Positions 39,439 to 51,895 of a stretch of DNA of 64,000 bases are shown here, one piece after another. The translations under genes and the position numbers were made by a program. Source of the stretch: Antedon mediterranea. Its lineage: Eukaryota; Animalia; Echinodermata. The stretch lies in NCBI RefSeq assembly GCF_964355755.1, contig NC_092677.1, positions 11,616,101 through 11,680,100 of the forward strand, in the 5' to 3' direction. The notes under the pieces were generated by a model. It had not been told where the DNA came from, did not search any database, and saw only the letters and a list, made by a program, of their open reading frames with translations. Position 1 is the stretch's first letter. Every line of letters starts with the position of its first letter.

Positions 39439-41759
39439 TATTCATGGCAGAAAAACATGGGCCATGGAAACAATTTAAGTTTTTTTTTGTCATGTATGAA
39501 ATAGACCGAATAAATAATGAAATGAAATGTAGACAGAGCTACATAAGCTATTATTCATTCCCTTAGGGCGTAGTTGGATGATTCCTCCCTTCCTGGACAC
39601 TAAGCCAGCGTCAAAATCTAGACATTTAGTGGGAAGAAACACATTCATGTTTACATAAACTGTTAATGAATGTAAAACAATAGTCTATAGATTCTAAACT
39701 GTGTTTTGACAATACTACATGGACAAGTCTCTTACAGACACCACTCGTCGGGGAGCTGTTTAGAACAACTCTCTGCTCCACCACATGTAGCCCCGAGAAC
39801 AACAGAATAAGTAGGCCTAAAAAAGTTTCATTGTTGATCATACATTATTGCAAGACATTTCAGCTTCAAGAAATACTTACAGTTACCGTTATCAAAACCA
39901 TTAAATTGTTCCGACTTCATTGATGTTGACATTATTAAAGATGTTAGTTACCGATTGTTTTTAAAGCCTTTGATGTATTATTGCAATCCGAGTTCAGTTG
40001 GATGAAGAATGTTGTAATAACCCTATATCTATCATTAAATTTAAATAAACACTGTTTACAGTCTAAGCAAGAGTAATGCAATTTTATTATTTGCTGGATT
40101 CGTCGGGTAACTCAATTCCGGATTTGCTTTGAGTGTATACAAAGAAAAAAATCAATTTAAGCTCAATTACTTTGCTACCTTCTCTCCGTTTAATATGTAG
40201 GACATCCAAAGCCACTATGGATTGCAATTAACGACTTTTAGGCCTAAACTGTATACAGTTTAATAATAGGCCTACAAAACAGGTTTTACAATATTATAGT
40301 AGAAAAGGTCTATGGTACAAACAAGAAATTACTTTCATTGTAGCTTCCAAGCTTTCATAGAAAATGTATTATGCTCAGACTATTTTAGTCCTGTTTACAA
40401 CTTACTAACTTAGAAGTCGAGATTTGATAATTCTCTTCGTTACGTGTTCGGAAGAGAATTTATATCTCATCGGAGTTGTACGACATGGCTTGGTATGCCG
40501 TGCGTTGTTATGCAAATAAGATGTGCAGGTGTAGTGGGACTGGTGGTTTGTCAGTCATTGGCAGTGAACACACTGAAAAGTTTTCTATACCAAACTCGTA
40601 TTAACATTCCCTTTATTATTTTATGCCGCATTGACATAAACAGGATAATTCCATGGACAAAGGAGCTATTTGGTTGATGCTGATACTAAGTCGATCACTG
40701 TGGTTGTATTTATCACATTTAAGCGTGTGATTTACACGTGTCTCTGTATCACGGAATATGTCTACGATATTATATAAATAATAGCACATTATTGTAGATA
40801 CAGTAGGGCCTAATGGTCCCCCTCATGATGCCTCAAATAATTTAATTAAGGGTAGCCTAGTTGGTAGATAAAAAATCAATGTGATCATGAAAGGTAATGC
40901 AATTTAGTTTGCATACAAAAATATTAGGTCTAAATCTGTAAACTAAAATGATGGTCGATAGAATGCCTGTTTGCAAAACCAACTCATTCACACAATACCA
41001 ATTAGATAATAGGTATGTCTTAGCAACCGCTCTCCTGCTTAGCTACATTTCTATAGCAAGGAAATAACATAAAACGATATTCATCTGAAACTAGTTAATA
41101 CAGTAATTATTGCATTGTGATTTCCACCGATTTACAGCTGTCTGTGTAAGATATGGGAAATTATTTAAATACGACTGCAACTGTCGAGTATTACATTGAT
41201 TGTTACCGGAAAGGTACCTTTAATGAAACAAATCAACAACACGTAAAGTGGTAACGATTCGTCACAATTGTTTCAACAATGAGTATTATTTGGCAGGTGG
41301 TTGTTTGTCATTTTCCAAAATTCATAAATTTCAACAAAAGCTTTTACAAATACATAATCAATTGGGCCTACCTCTTTTACTCTGCTATAAACGAAAGAAA
41401 TGTAACCAGAGTTTTACCCGTACCCGTAAACGTGTGGATTTTGTAATGCATTCAACGTTAAAGTACGTATCCTGTGAGATGAACATGTTCGCAATGAGAG
41501 GGCGGTATATTTGGGAAGATAAATAAATCCTATTTCCTTTAGGATTCACAGATGCACAAGTAAAAATATAGAATAATATTGTTTTGCCACAATTTTTTTG
41601 GAGTTGTTTTTTTTATTATATCAAAATAATTATTAATGGACCCTTTGGAAAAATGGGTTCGATTTAGAAGATAATGAATACGCGTGCGCATAAACTGATG
41701 CTTTCGATTCCTCACTGGCAAGTTGTCACTGTTGATATAGTAGTTGGTGAGCTAAGATT

Positions 41760-42320
41760 ATTACCTCCGCCAAGGAGGTTATGTTTTCACCCCTGTATGT
41801 GTGGGTGTGTGTGTGTGTCTGAACAGCCTAGAGGCCACAGTTTTTATCCGATTCTCACCAAATTTGGCCACAATTATCTATGCCCCAAAAGCTCGGACGA
41901 GTTCGAATTTGAGGGGAAAAGGTCATAGGTCAAGGTCACAACTAACAAAAAACTATTTTACTGCCTAGAGACCACAGTTTTTATCCGATTCTCACCAAAC
42001 TTAGCCACAATGATCAATGACTCATCATATAATTGTGGTTACATTTTGAAGGGTCAGTGTTAAAGATCAAGGTCCACAAAAAAAAAAAGAAATAAAAAAA
42101 ATAATAATAAAAAAAAAACCTCAACGGGACTTGAACCAGGGATCTCAACTGTGAGAGGCTGGATACATAACCATTACACCAAACTCTCATCCACTACTTA
42201 GTAGTGTGCAGTTAGCCTATTTACACTTAGAACTAATACAAAAACATTTTCGGGGGAAATTTTATGTAGGGGAATTTTACAGTAGGCGGAGGTTTGTACT
42301 CTCGGAGTACCCTCTAGTTA
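41760..42320 (+). mobile_element. Helentron-associated non-autonomous element (HINE/DINE-like) with an embedded tRNA-like fragment
   Basis: Subterminal inverted repeats CCTCCGCC (41764) / GGCGGAGG (42285), GT microsatellite near the 5' end, internal direct repeat CACAGTTTTTATCCGATTCTCACCAAA, 3' hairpin GTACTC-TCG-GAGTAC then CTAGTT. A reverse tRNA-like piece lies at ~42118-42185. Confidence 0.8.
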
Positions 42321-43644
42321 GTCTTGTTATGAAAAGATTAACAAAGAAATGTTCCTGTATTATTGCTCTTTTATTGCGTTAGCTGGACCATAACAATATT
42401 TTACAATCTAAACATTCTAAATATTCGTTATTGTGCTTCGAAGGCCAATAATCAGGATTGTCTACCATTCTCACGCTAACAATTTAGTGTAATAATTTAC
42501 CAAATATGAAATCAGTAGATTAAAATTAGTTTTAAATTGGAAATCAATATGTTTCGAAGGTCCTTGATTGTTGTATTATTACTTTACACACTGATACACT
42601 GAATTCGACTCTAATTGCATGTATATGCACTGTTTTCTCAAATATATTATACTAGCATTAGTACACGTCTTCGATGGTGTGAGCCCCGCTGATTTCAACC
42701 GCGCCGAGAAAACTTGTCAAATGAAGGTAAAATAATATGTATGAATTGCAATTGAAGTCTCATTTTTTATGTTTCAAATCCATTTGTACACAAAGGATTG
42801 AAAGAAAATCATGATAGGCTAAATATTATAAATATGTATGCGGTCAGTAAAATTTATTGTAACAAAATTAAATACAATTCAACAGTTTGCACTAAATTTT
42901 AAATGCACGTACGTCCGTAATCTGAAGTTCAAAAAGAAAGTCCACTGTTAATTACGAATTCGAAAGTATTGCTACAAAATAGTGGTACATCTGTTGTAGA
43001 TATGCAAATAATTAACTATTATTTAAATTAATAATTACCATACAGTACAGAAATATATGTAGTAGCCGTTTATTACTGAAATACAATGCAAATACACAAA
43101 ACAGATTCTTATCTTTACTATAATTATTCATGTAATTATGAAGATTATAGAAGAACTATAAAAATGTATCCATTGGCTTATATACACTAACAATTATTTA
43201 CTGTAGGACATTACAAAGGTGTTTGATGTTTGTTTTGTACTGTCAGGCGCTTTGTAAAAAGCGCCATATAAATGAAATAAAAAAAAAGGTTTACTTGGAT
43301 TGGATAGACAAAATTCGAAAAATAACACGCCACAGTATATGACTTTTACTTTAAAATTGTGCCTACCCTATTGATTGACTTCTCTAAACAGTAATGCTGC
43401 CGGTTTTTTTCTCGGTTCCTACTTTTATAGTCTTATGTGACGCCCTCTGGAAATTCCACATTTCATAGCCTTTTGATCCAGAGGTAATTTTTAAATTATT
43501 TAATAAGTCATAATTAATAAATATTTTTGGTTTACGAACTTTTTATATAGATCATGACTATCTCCGTTGCAAGATTAATGTTGAGTGCAAACCAATCAGA
43601 GGTTTCACCGCGGCGTGCATAGAGGACAAACTGTTTGTGTTTGC

Positions 43645-43676
<32 letters not shown>

Positions 43677-43782
43677 CAACAGGCAAAGAACATTAATTCT
43701 AAACCGCCCGGTGATATACTGAAATTTAATTAATTAATTTGAAACGATAAAGAGGAGGAAATCTGTGAGAATGAGAAAAAGT

Positions 43783-43855
43783 CGCCCCAACCGAGACTCG
43801 AACTCGGACCGCCTGCTTGATATGCAGATGTCCTAACCATTAGACCACTTGGGGC
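43783..43855 (-). tRNA. tRNA-like sequence, anticodon ATC, unit 1 (1-nt insertion after the acceptor 5' strand)
   Basis: Same as the unit 2 copy but starts GCCCCAAGTGG. A box, B box and downstream T5 are present. Confidence 0.5.
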
Positions 43856-44148
43856 TTTCATGGTATTGTTCGAACTCGATTGGATAGCGACTCTTTAACA
43901 TTCTCGGCGTGGTACGGCGGAACAGCACTAGTCCTCAGTTGTACGCACGCGCAACAGAGATCAAATTGATACGCCCTCATCTTTCAGTATTTTTATTCAC
44001 GAGGCGGGATCTCCGAAGAGATACTTTTATATAATATAAACACAACAGGCAAAGAACATTAATTCTAAACCGCCCGGTGATATACTGAAATTTAATTAAT
44101 TAATTTGAAACGATAAAGATGAGGAAATCTGTGAGAATGAGAAAAAGT

Positions 44149-44220
44149 CGCCCCAACCGAGACTCGAACTCGGACCGCCTGCTTGATATGCAGATGTCCT
44201 AACCATTAGACCACTGGGGC
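44149..44220 (-). tRNA. tRNA-like sequence (Asp/Glu-type, anticodon ATC), unit 2
   Basis: GCCCCAG-TG-GTCT-AATGGTTA-GGAC-A-TCTGC-ATATCAA-GCAGG-CGGT-CCGAG-TTCGAGT-CTCGG-TTGGGGC-G. 72 nt with all four stems pairing, A box TGGTCTAATGG, B box GTTCGAGTC, and ACTTTTT just 3'. Confidence 0.6.
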
Positions 44221-44512
44221 TTTCATGGTATTGTTCGAACTCGATTGGGTAGCGACTCTTTAACATTCTCGGCGTGGTACGGCGGAACAGCACTAGTCCT
44301 CAGTTGTACGCACGCGCAACAGAGATCAAATTGATACGCCCTCATCTTTCAGTATTTTTATTCACGAGGCGGGATCTCCGAAGAGATACTTTTATATATA
44401 TAAACACAACAGGCAAAAAACATTAATTCTAAACCACCCGGTGATATACTGAAATTTAATTAATTAATTTGAAACGATAAAGATGAGGAAATCTGTGAGA
44501 ATTAGAAAAAGT

Positions 44513-44585
44513 CGCCCCAACCGAGACTCGAACTCGGACCGCCTGCTTGATATGCAGATGTCCTAACCATTAGACCACTTGGGGC
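44513..44585 (-). tRNA. tRNA-like sequence, anticodon ATC, unit 3 (unit 1 type)
   Basis: Same cloverleaf as unit 1, including the 1-nt insertion. Confidence 0.5.
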
Positions 44586-44878
44586 TTTCATGGTATTGTT
44601 CGAACTCGATTGGATAGCGACTCTTTAACATTCTCGGCGCGGTACGGCGGAACAGCACTAGTCCTCAGTTGTACGCACGCGCAACAGAGATCAAATTGAT
44701 ACGCCCTCATCTTTCAGTATTTTTATTCACGAGGCGGGATCTCCGAAGAGATACTTTTATATATATAAACACAACAGGCAAAGAACATTAATTCTAAACC
44801 GCCCGGTGATATACTGAAATTTAATTAATTAATTTGAAACGATAAAGATGAGGAAATCTGTGAGAATGAGAAAAAAGT

Positions 44879-44950
44879 CGCCCCAACCGAGACTCGAACT
44901 CGGACCGCCTGCTTGATATGCAGATGTCCTAACCATTAGACCACTGGGGC
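44879..44950 (-). tRNA. tRNA-like sequence, anticodon ATC, unit 4 (unit 2 type)
   Basis: Same 72-nt cloverleaf as unit 2, followed by T6. Confidence 0.6.
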
Positions 44951-45477
44951 TTTCATGGTATTGTTCGAACTCGATTGGATAGCGACTCTTTAACATTCTC
45001 GGCGTGGTACGGCGGAACAGCACTAGTCCTCAGTTGTACGCACGCGCAACAGAGATCAAATTGATACGCCCTCATCTTTCAGTATTTTTATTCACGAGGC
45101 GGGATCTCCGAAGAGATACTTTTATATAATTATAATAACACAACAGGCAAAGAACATTAATTCTAAACCGCCCAGTGATATACTGAAATTTAATTAATTA
45201 GATAGATTAGTGTATTGTTCGTAATTTTATAAAACGGATATTCTCAAAATTGAGGGCGCTAAACATTAAATTTACGAAATCATAAAAGGTCGCGTAAGCC
45301 AGAAGAAAAAAAATATGGTGTGCTCTCTTGCCTCTAGCACGGTAAGGCCCTCTCACAGCCTTGGGTACACATCAGATGCTTTGATGTTACCGCCTCATGA
45401 TGTGTGGTGGAAAGGGGGACGTTTAAATCTGTGAACCCCAAACACAGAATAGCATAGCTTTAACTCTATTCCACCGA

Positions 45478-45547
45478 GACCGGCATGGGGTTTGAACCCA
45501 CGATAATCGTGTACTACGACGCTCTACCGACTGGGCTATCCGGTCCT
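45478..45547 (-). mobile_element. tRNA-derived SINE head fragment
   Basis: Minus strand TAGCCCAGTCGGTAGAGCG...GGGTTCAAACCCC. Confidence 0.65.
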
Positions 45548-46992
45548 CTGATTCATAACCAGGTAAAACTAATACTTGTTTTGTTTCCTCAAGGATGGTC
45601 ATGAATATGCATATTTATGACGTAACGATGAATTAGTCATATAGGCACGTAGGATAAATAGAATATTATGTGCCATATGTTTAGTCGTGTCTTTGTCCTG
45701 TGGCGTGACGGTTAATGCTCTGTTTTGAGTACGCTCGGCTCTCTCTGAGGTACTGTTCTAATCCTTCGTGTTTTCTTGGTTGTTTTTTTTTGTGGTTTTT
45801 TTTTTGCAAATAAATATCGTTTTTCTTTTGAAAGAGAGATATTTAGAAGGTTAAGGTAATTTAAGAAATAATAATAATAATAATGTAGACTTATATATTA
45901 TTAAAAAGATAAACATTTGGCACATATGGCGTTTCATACGTATACTACTTGAGTTCGTACAAAAATCAAAAAGTATGTATGGAACCAACTTAAAAAAAGA
46001 CAATAACTACAGACTTGTGGTAAGTCTAAAAAAAATATGTCTGCTCCCCTGCCTCTAGCACAGCCTTGGGTCGGTTCCACGACATCAGATGCTCTGATGT
46101 TGCCGCCACATTATGTGCCTAGTAAGGGGTTTTTTTCTCGGTTCCGTCTTTTATAGTCTATGTGACGCCCTATGAAAATTCCACATAGCCTTTTGATCCA
46201 GAGGCAATTTTTTAATTATTTAATAAGTCATTAAACTATTAAACATTCCATTGAAGCAGCCACTATACGTCACACGCATATTCAATAAGATAGGAAGATA
46301 AATAATGAATAATTCATGATGGCTTACCTGTGAAAAGTATATAGGCTACCGAGGGACGTCTACGTAATACATACACAAATCATTATTACATTTACAGAAC
46401 TAACAATATAAGAATAACATATTTAAGATGTATTTTCCTCTCCAAAACATTAAAATTCAAGATGAATAAAATTAAACTTCGAGTTAAGTTAAATTTAACC
46501 AAAAGTTCATTGACTTCCAGACAATTGGCTTTCCGGGTGACTTTTTGTCTTATTCAAATTAAGTTAAAATTAATCAGGTCATTATTTGGTCATTAAGATA
46601 CGTGACAATAAAATTGCATCAACAACAACAACAAAATAATAATTGTAATTTCATTGATCCATACCTGTTCATAATGTTTTATACATAGCATATTTTCTTA
46701 TATATTATCTTATCCATTGTATAGTATTGTATGTTTTTAACTGTTGTTATTTTTATTGTAATTTGAACCTTGGAAGGCAAATTTTATTTACTTTGTATTT
46801 TTGACAATAAATTTTAACTTGAACTTGAACTTGAACTTATCTTTACTAAGCCTAAAATCAATCGTTGTGTCTATCCAAGTTACAATAAATATTTCGATTT
46901 GATTTATCTAAAACCGATGATTATATCAAACTAAAAATCCAATTTAAACAAAATTTGAGTGAAAAGATGGAATCTACAAAATAGGAATAACA

Positions 46993-49145
46993 TTATTTAT
47001 GCAAGGGTCTCATTGTCATAGCAACTCCCTTCATCATGTTTCTAATATGACGATTTAATGAACTTGGATCTGAAGTGACGTCAACACATACTGAACCCAA
47101 GTCTAATGTCAAAACATAACCGTTGCTAAAATCACAATCTGATAGTGTTCCTTTTGACCTTTGACATATATCGTTTGTATAGTTTACACTTCCTTTTTGG
47201 TACGTAATTCGTTTTTTACCAATTGACGTATGGGAGACACAAGTTTCGTAGAGAAATGACGTCATACGTTTAAAAGCAGCTAAATCGTCTTCAAATGTCG
47301 GACCGTAATTGTCAATATTGATATGCAAATTTTTCAAAAAATGGCGGTACAACTTGGTGTCAACGTAATTCCATTTAGCGATCTTTTCTGTAAGTTTTGT
47401 ATCCAAATCAGCACGTGAGCCTCTTTGGTTACGTGGTAAATATAGAATATCATTAAACTGCCAACATAGCATTTTCTTCAGTATCAGCAAAGATTCATCG
47501 TAAAATTCGTTGATCAGAACAAAATCGAGTCGATCATCAACCTCGTTTATAGTACGATTTATCAAAAAATCATCCTTATCAATATTTGCTGGATTTATGC
47601 CCAGATCCCATATTTGATTATTGTATGAATATTTCCTTTTCGTTGAACTTAGGTTCTTCCAGTTTCCTATAGGATCTTCGAAAAAAAGTTGTAACTTTTG
47701 AGTTTTATTTAGTACCACACCGCTAGATTTTTCAAGATTTGATCCCACATGAAAGAAATCAAATGAAGATTCAAATTGCGTCACCGGGTCACGAAGTAAC
47801 GTAATGTATAACGTGTTAGGTTCCATAAACGCGTCAAAAACAGGTCTGTTGTAACGAGCATGTAACGTAAATACGTTGTATTTGTAAGCATCGTAATTGC
47901 CGCTTTCAATGCCCATAGGAGGTAAAAACTTCTTTTTGGACTCAAAATTAAAATTGACATTTCCAAAATGTATAGAGCCCCCTTCCCCTATCTTTCGAAC
48001 AACGTTTAGGTTGTTGTCAAATGCGTGCTTTTCGATTATTCTTGCCAAAGTAGTTCCGCCTGTCTTGTGAGTTTTCAGAAACGCAATGTTATTTCTTACT
48101 TCGCATTTTTCGTTATGTATTCTGCTACTGAAATGTGAAAATATGCATGTTTAGAAAATGTACATGGTTAGAAAATATACATGTTTGGAAAATATAAATG
48201 TTCAGAAAATATACATGGCTAGAAACATGTTTAGAAAAAATACATGTTTAGAATTAAACATTTAAAAAAAATGTACCGTGTACATGTTTAGAATACATGT
48301 TTATAAAACATACATTGTTTAGAAAACATACATGTTTAGAAAATGTACTGTACATAAAATATACCTGTTTAGAAAAAAATACATGTTTAGAAAATATACA
48401 TGTTTAGAAAATGTACCGTACATGTTTAGAAAATATTCGTTTCTGTCTGGAAGAACATTAACCTAATTTTCAATACCTGATGTTGATGAATATAATAAGA
48501 TTAGAAATAATATATATACATAGACTATACTGATAACGAAATAGTACATTTCAAATTCAATACCTTTTGAGTGCAATGTTCCGATATTGATATATTGAAG
48601 TCGATTGGAAGAACAGTAAAACTGAACCAGCACTTAATACCAAACATATCTGGAATAAACACAGAAAAAAAATGGAAACCGTTGCATTAAAAAGTCAATA
48701 TGGCCTATTTAACTACTTTATGTTTTCATTTGTGATCCAGTCTTTGTAATGAATAACAATATAAAAAATAGAAGTAGAGTTATAAGACAAACAAATAATA
48801 CAAACAAATAATAAATATATTTTTAAAGTTCAAGTAATCTTACCTTAAACAGGTGTGGGTTAAGTTCAAGTAATCTTACCTTAAACAGGTGTGGGTTAAG
48901 TTCAAGTAATCTTACCTTAAACAGGTGTGGGTTAAGTTCAAGTAATCTTACCTTAAACAGGTGTGGGTTAAGTTCAAGTAATCTTACCTTAAACAGGTGT
49001 GGGTTAAGTTCAAGTAATCTTACCTTAAACAGGTGTGGGTTAAGTTCAAGTAATCTTACCCTTTAAACAGGTGTGGGTTAAGTTCAAGTAATCTTACCTT
49101 AAACAGGTGTGGGTTACACTGTTTAGGAAACATCTTCGTATGCAT
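46993..49145 (-). CDS. Galactose-3-O-sulfotransferase (GAL3ST)-like Golgi type II protein, copy A (~422 aa)
   Basis: Exons 49145-49098 (MHTKMFPKQCNPHLFK), 48649-48564 (TM ICLVLSAGSVLLFF) and 48127-46993. Contains the 5'-PSB FLKTHKTGGTT, 3'-PB ITLLRDPVTQFESSF, E.YDESLLILKKMLCW and WN..D..LY..F motifs. Confidence 0.92.
48146..48436. repeat. Degenerate ~18-22-bp repeat (ACATGTTTAGAAAA..)n in a GAL3ST copy A intron
   Basis: About a dozen CATGTTTAGAA variants. Confidence 0.85.
48826..49115. repeat. 36-bp tandem repeat x8 spanning the first splice donor of GAL3ST copy A
   Basis: Unit AAGTTCAAGTAATCTTACCTTAAACAGGTGTGGGTT. The unit at 49042-49079 is 38 bp. Confidence 0.97.
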
Positions 49146-49889
49146 TTTTTGTTTCGAAGCAAGACAAACAATAAATTATCTTTGGTTTCTACATTTATTT
49201 GGAAATAAAAGTTCTCAATACTAATTACAATAATAAGTATTTACAATATTTCCTCTGATGAAACACAGACACTTAACCGATTTCTATTCATTAGGTGCTG
49301 CTAGACCCTTCTTCTAACTGAACTCATTATTATTGAATCGGAATCGGATATTCAAGTTACAGCTATTCGGTAAAAGTTCTTGTTTAAAGAGTAATTTGGT
49401 CAGAAATATATTTACACTCGCCTTTAGCATTATTGATCTTATGTGTGCATGTGGTGTGGGCTTATGTTTCATGCGCCATATGCTGGTGTATGATGTGTAC
49501 GCGGGCCTTTGATCGAATGGAGATATGATGTTTCAGATTACCAAAATTAATTTGGTTAAGTATGACATGGAATAATATACGACAATAAGGTTTATCGTAA
49601 TCAATCCGTTGTCCTATTTAAATTGTTTAAAAGCATCTCGGCACAAAGTTTGAGAGGAGTGAATATTTTTTACTTTTGCAAAACTTGTACGCATGCGCAT
49701 GCCATAAAACGAAATAAAAAATAATCTGTGAACTTCGGAAAACATTAAAATTGTGAATTACGATAGCTTGTGTAAACTTTTATTATTTTTTAACTTTTAT
49801 TGATGGTTAATTTCATATTTCAAGAGAGAAAATAATTGTTTTATTACTACGTTATATTATTTATATGATATTTTAGTTGAAAATTGTCA

Positions 49890-51895
49890 TTAAGGAAGAG
49901 AAATTTCTTTCATCATTTGTCTAAGGGAACGATTTAAACTTCTGTCATCAGATGTAACACTTTTACACATTGACTCTAGATTAAGTTTTAAAATATAACC
50001 TCCACCGAAATCACAAACATGTAACAGATCAACTTGTTTGCACAATTTACTTGTAAAATTTCCATCATCTCTGCGTTCGTATTTGATTTTCTTCTTTTTA
50101 TTCCATACATGTTCACCAGAAACACATAGTTTATACACAAATGATGTCATGCGACGGAACGCAACCAAGTCTGCTTGGAATGATGGGCCGTAGTTATTGA
50201 TATGATCTTGTAGGCGCTTAAGAAAATATTGGTACAATTGTGTATCTAGAGAATTCCACTCCATAATCTTTTTTCTGACGTTATTACTTAAAGGAACCCG
50301 TTCTGATCTTTGATTACGCGGTAGATACAAAATGTCGGTAAATTCCCAGCAAAGCATTTTCTTAAGTATTAAAAGAGATTCGTCAAAATATTCTGTAATC
50401 ATTACTAGATCAAATTCATTATCTAACCTCTTAATTGTTTCATTTACAACAACGTTAGGTTTTGGATCGACACCCAAATCCCAAATTTGATTATTAAAAG
50501 ATCTTTTTTGTTTTGATGAAGATAAGTTGTTCCAGAAACGTGTTGGGTTATTAAGAAAGGTTTCTAATTTCAATGTTTTGTTATCTTGTCCTTTTCCAAT
50601 TATTGATCCGATACCAAAATAATCAAACGTAGATTCGAACTGTGTGACCGGGTCACGTAGAATTGTGATATACACCGAGTTATTCGCCATAAACGATCTA
50701 TAAACCTTTTTGTCGAATCGCGCATGCAGAGAAAATACATTATTAATATAGTTTTTCCAGTCTCCAAAACCAACACCCATCGGTTGTAGGAAGTCCTTCT
50801 TTGAATCGAAGTTAAACTTTCTATTTGTGAAATGCAAATATGAACTTTCTCCTTTCTTTCTGACAATGTTGAGGTGGTTGACAAGAGCGAACTGCTCCAC
50901 TATTCTTGCCACTGTTGTGCCGCCGGTTTTATGTGTTTTTACAAACGCAACATTCTTCTCTGACTCGCATCTTTTTGTTATCCTTTAAGAGAAAAACATA
51001 GAATAGTTTTATCCTGTTGAATCGGTAAACATGAGATTATTTTAGAAATTCCAGGTTTGAAGCTCTCTCCACTATCAAACTATAGTTTTGTGTGTGAAGT
51101 GTGATGTGCCCAAATATGGTGGTGATATGACGTCATCTTATCCATACATGGGCACATAAAATTTGATAGTGTAGACAGAGTTTAAGACATTGGTGTTCAT
51201 GGGTACACAATTTAATCTAAACTCTACGTCGTCTAAAACTGACACAACGGTTAATTTTAATACAGTGAATGTTGTGTGGAACATTTAAATTAATTGATTT
51301 ATTAAAAATAAGATATTTATTTGTTTAAAGAGGAGATAGGCACCACTGGGAGATATAGCCTATGCCTGTGTATCGTATCATGATGATTACTACTACTGTA
51401 TCTCATCGTTTACACCCCTACGATATTATCTAGGTCATGGGACAGCTAGAACTAGAAAAGCATATTTAGGCCTACCTTTTAAATGCCACCACGTTATGTA
51501 TACTTCCTATTAACGATGGGTGCGTTATTAATATTAGCACAAATACCACGACACCGATTACCAAAATTACCTGCAGATACTTGAAGATATGAATAAGTCG
51601 GTATAGTTATTAGTTATCAAATTAATTTACCCATATCTGGATCCTAATTTTAACAATCAGAGAACGAATATTTTGTTTTCTAGGCCTAAACGTTGTAGGC
51701 CTACGCTCCAGATTTTTTAGAAATGTAACTTGTTGCCAACTCTGTAATAAGCAACTTATTTAACAAATTCAAACTTATGATGATCTTAGAATAATGACAG
51801 GTCACTTTAAATGTACGGCCTATTTTATAGATTATGCTCAATCACTTTGAATAATTTACCTTCAGAAATTGTAACGTATTCTTTAGTGACACCAT
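49890..51895 (-). CDS. Galactose-3-O-sulfotransferase (GAL3ST)-like protein, copy B (~407 aa)
   Basis: Exons 51895-51860 (MVSLKNTLQFLK), 51570-51476 (TM VILVIGVVVFVLILI) and 50982-49890. Contains FVKTHKTGGTT, ITILRDPVTQFESTF and EYFDESLLILKKMLCW. Same exon phases as copy A. Confidence 0.92.

Larger units (their letters stand above)
43677..45200 (-). repeat. Tandem array of ~365-bp units (4 full + ~60-bp partial), each containing a tRNA-like cloverleaf, abutting a (TA)n tract
   Basis: Units start with CAACAGGCAAA at 43677, 44043, 44407, 44772 and 45141. (TA)n lies at ~43649-43676 and short TA-rich linkers separate the units. Copies are near identical. Confidence 0.97.

Noticed and set aside
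43860-44030. Hammerhead or HDV-like ribozyme inside the tandem unit (CTGAGGA on the - strand, ATCTC-CGAA-GAGAT hairpin)
   Set aside because: No correctly spaced GAAA/stem II or HDV pseudoknot pairing could be built by eye.
44096-45023. Repeated 64-65 aa ORFs (MLFRRTTPRML...) as proteins
   Set aside because: They run through the tRNA-like sequence, are frameshifted between units and show no recognisable motif.
48826-49115. 36-bp repeats as a CRISPR array
   Set aside because: There are no spacers, the units are contiguous, the context is eukaryotic and no cas genes are present.
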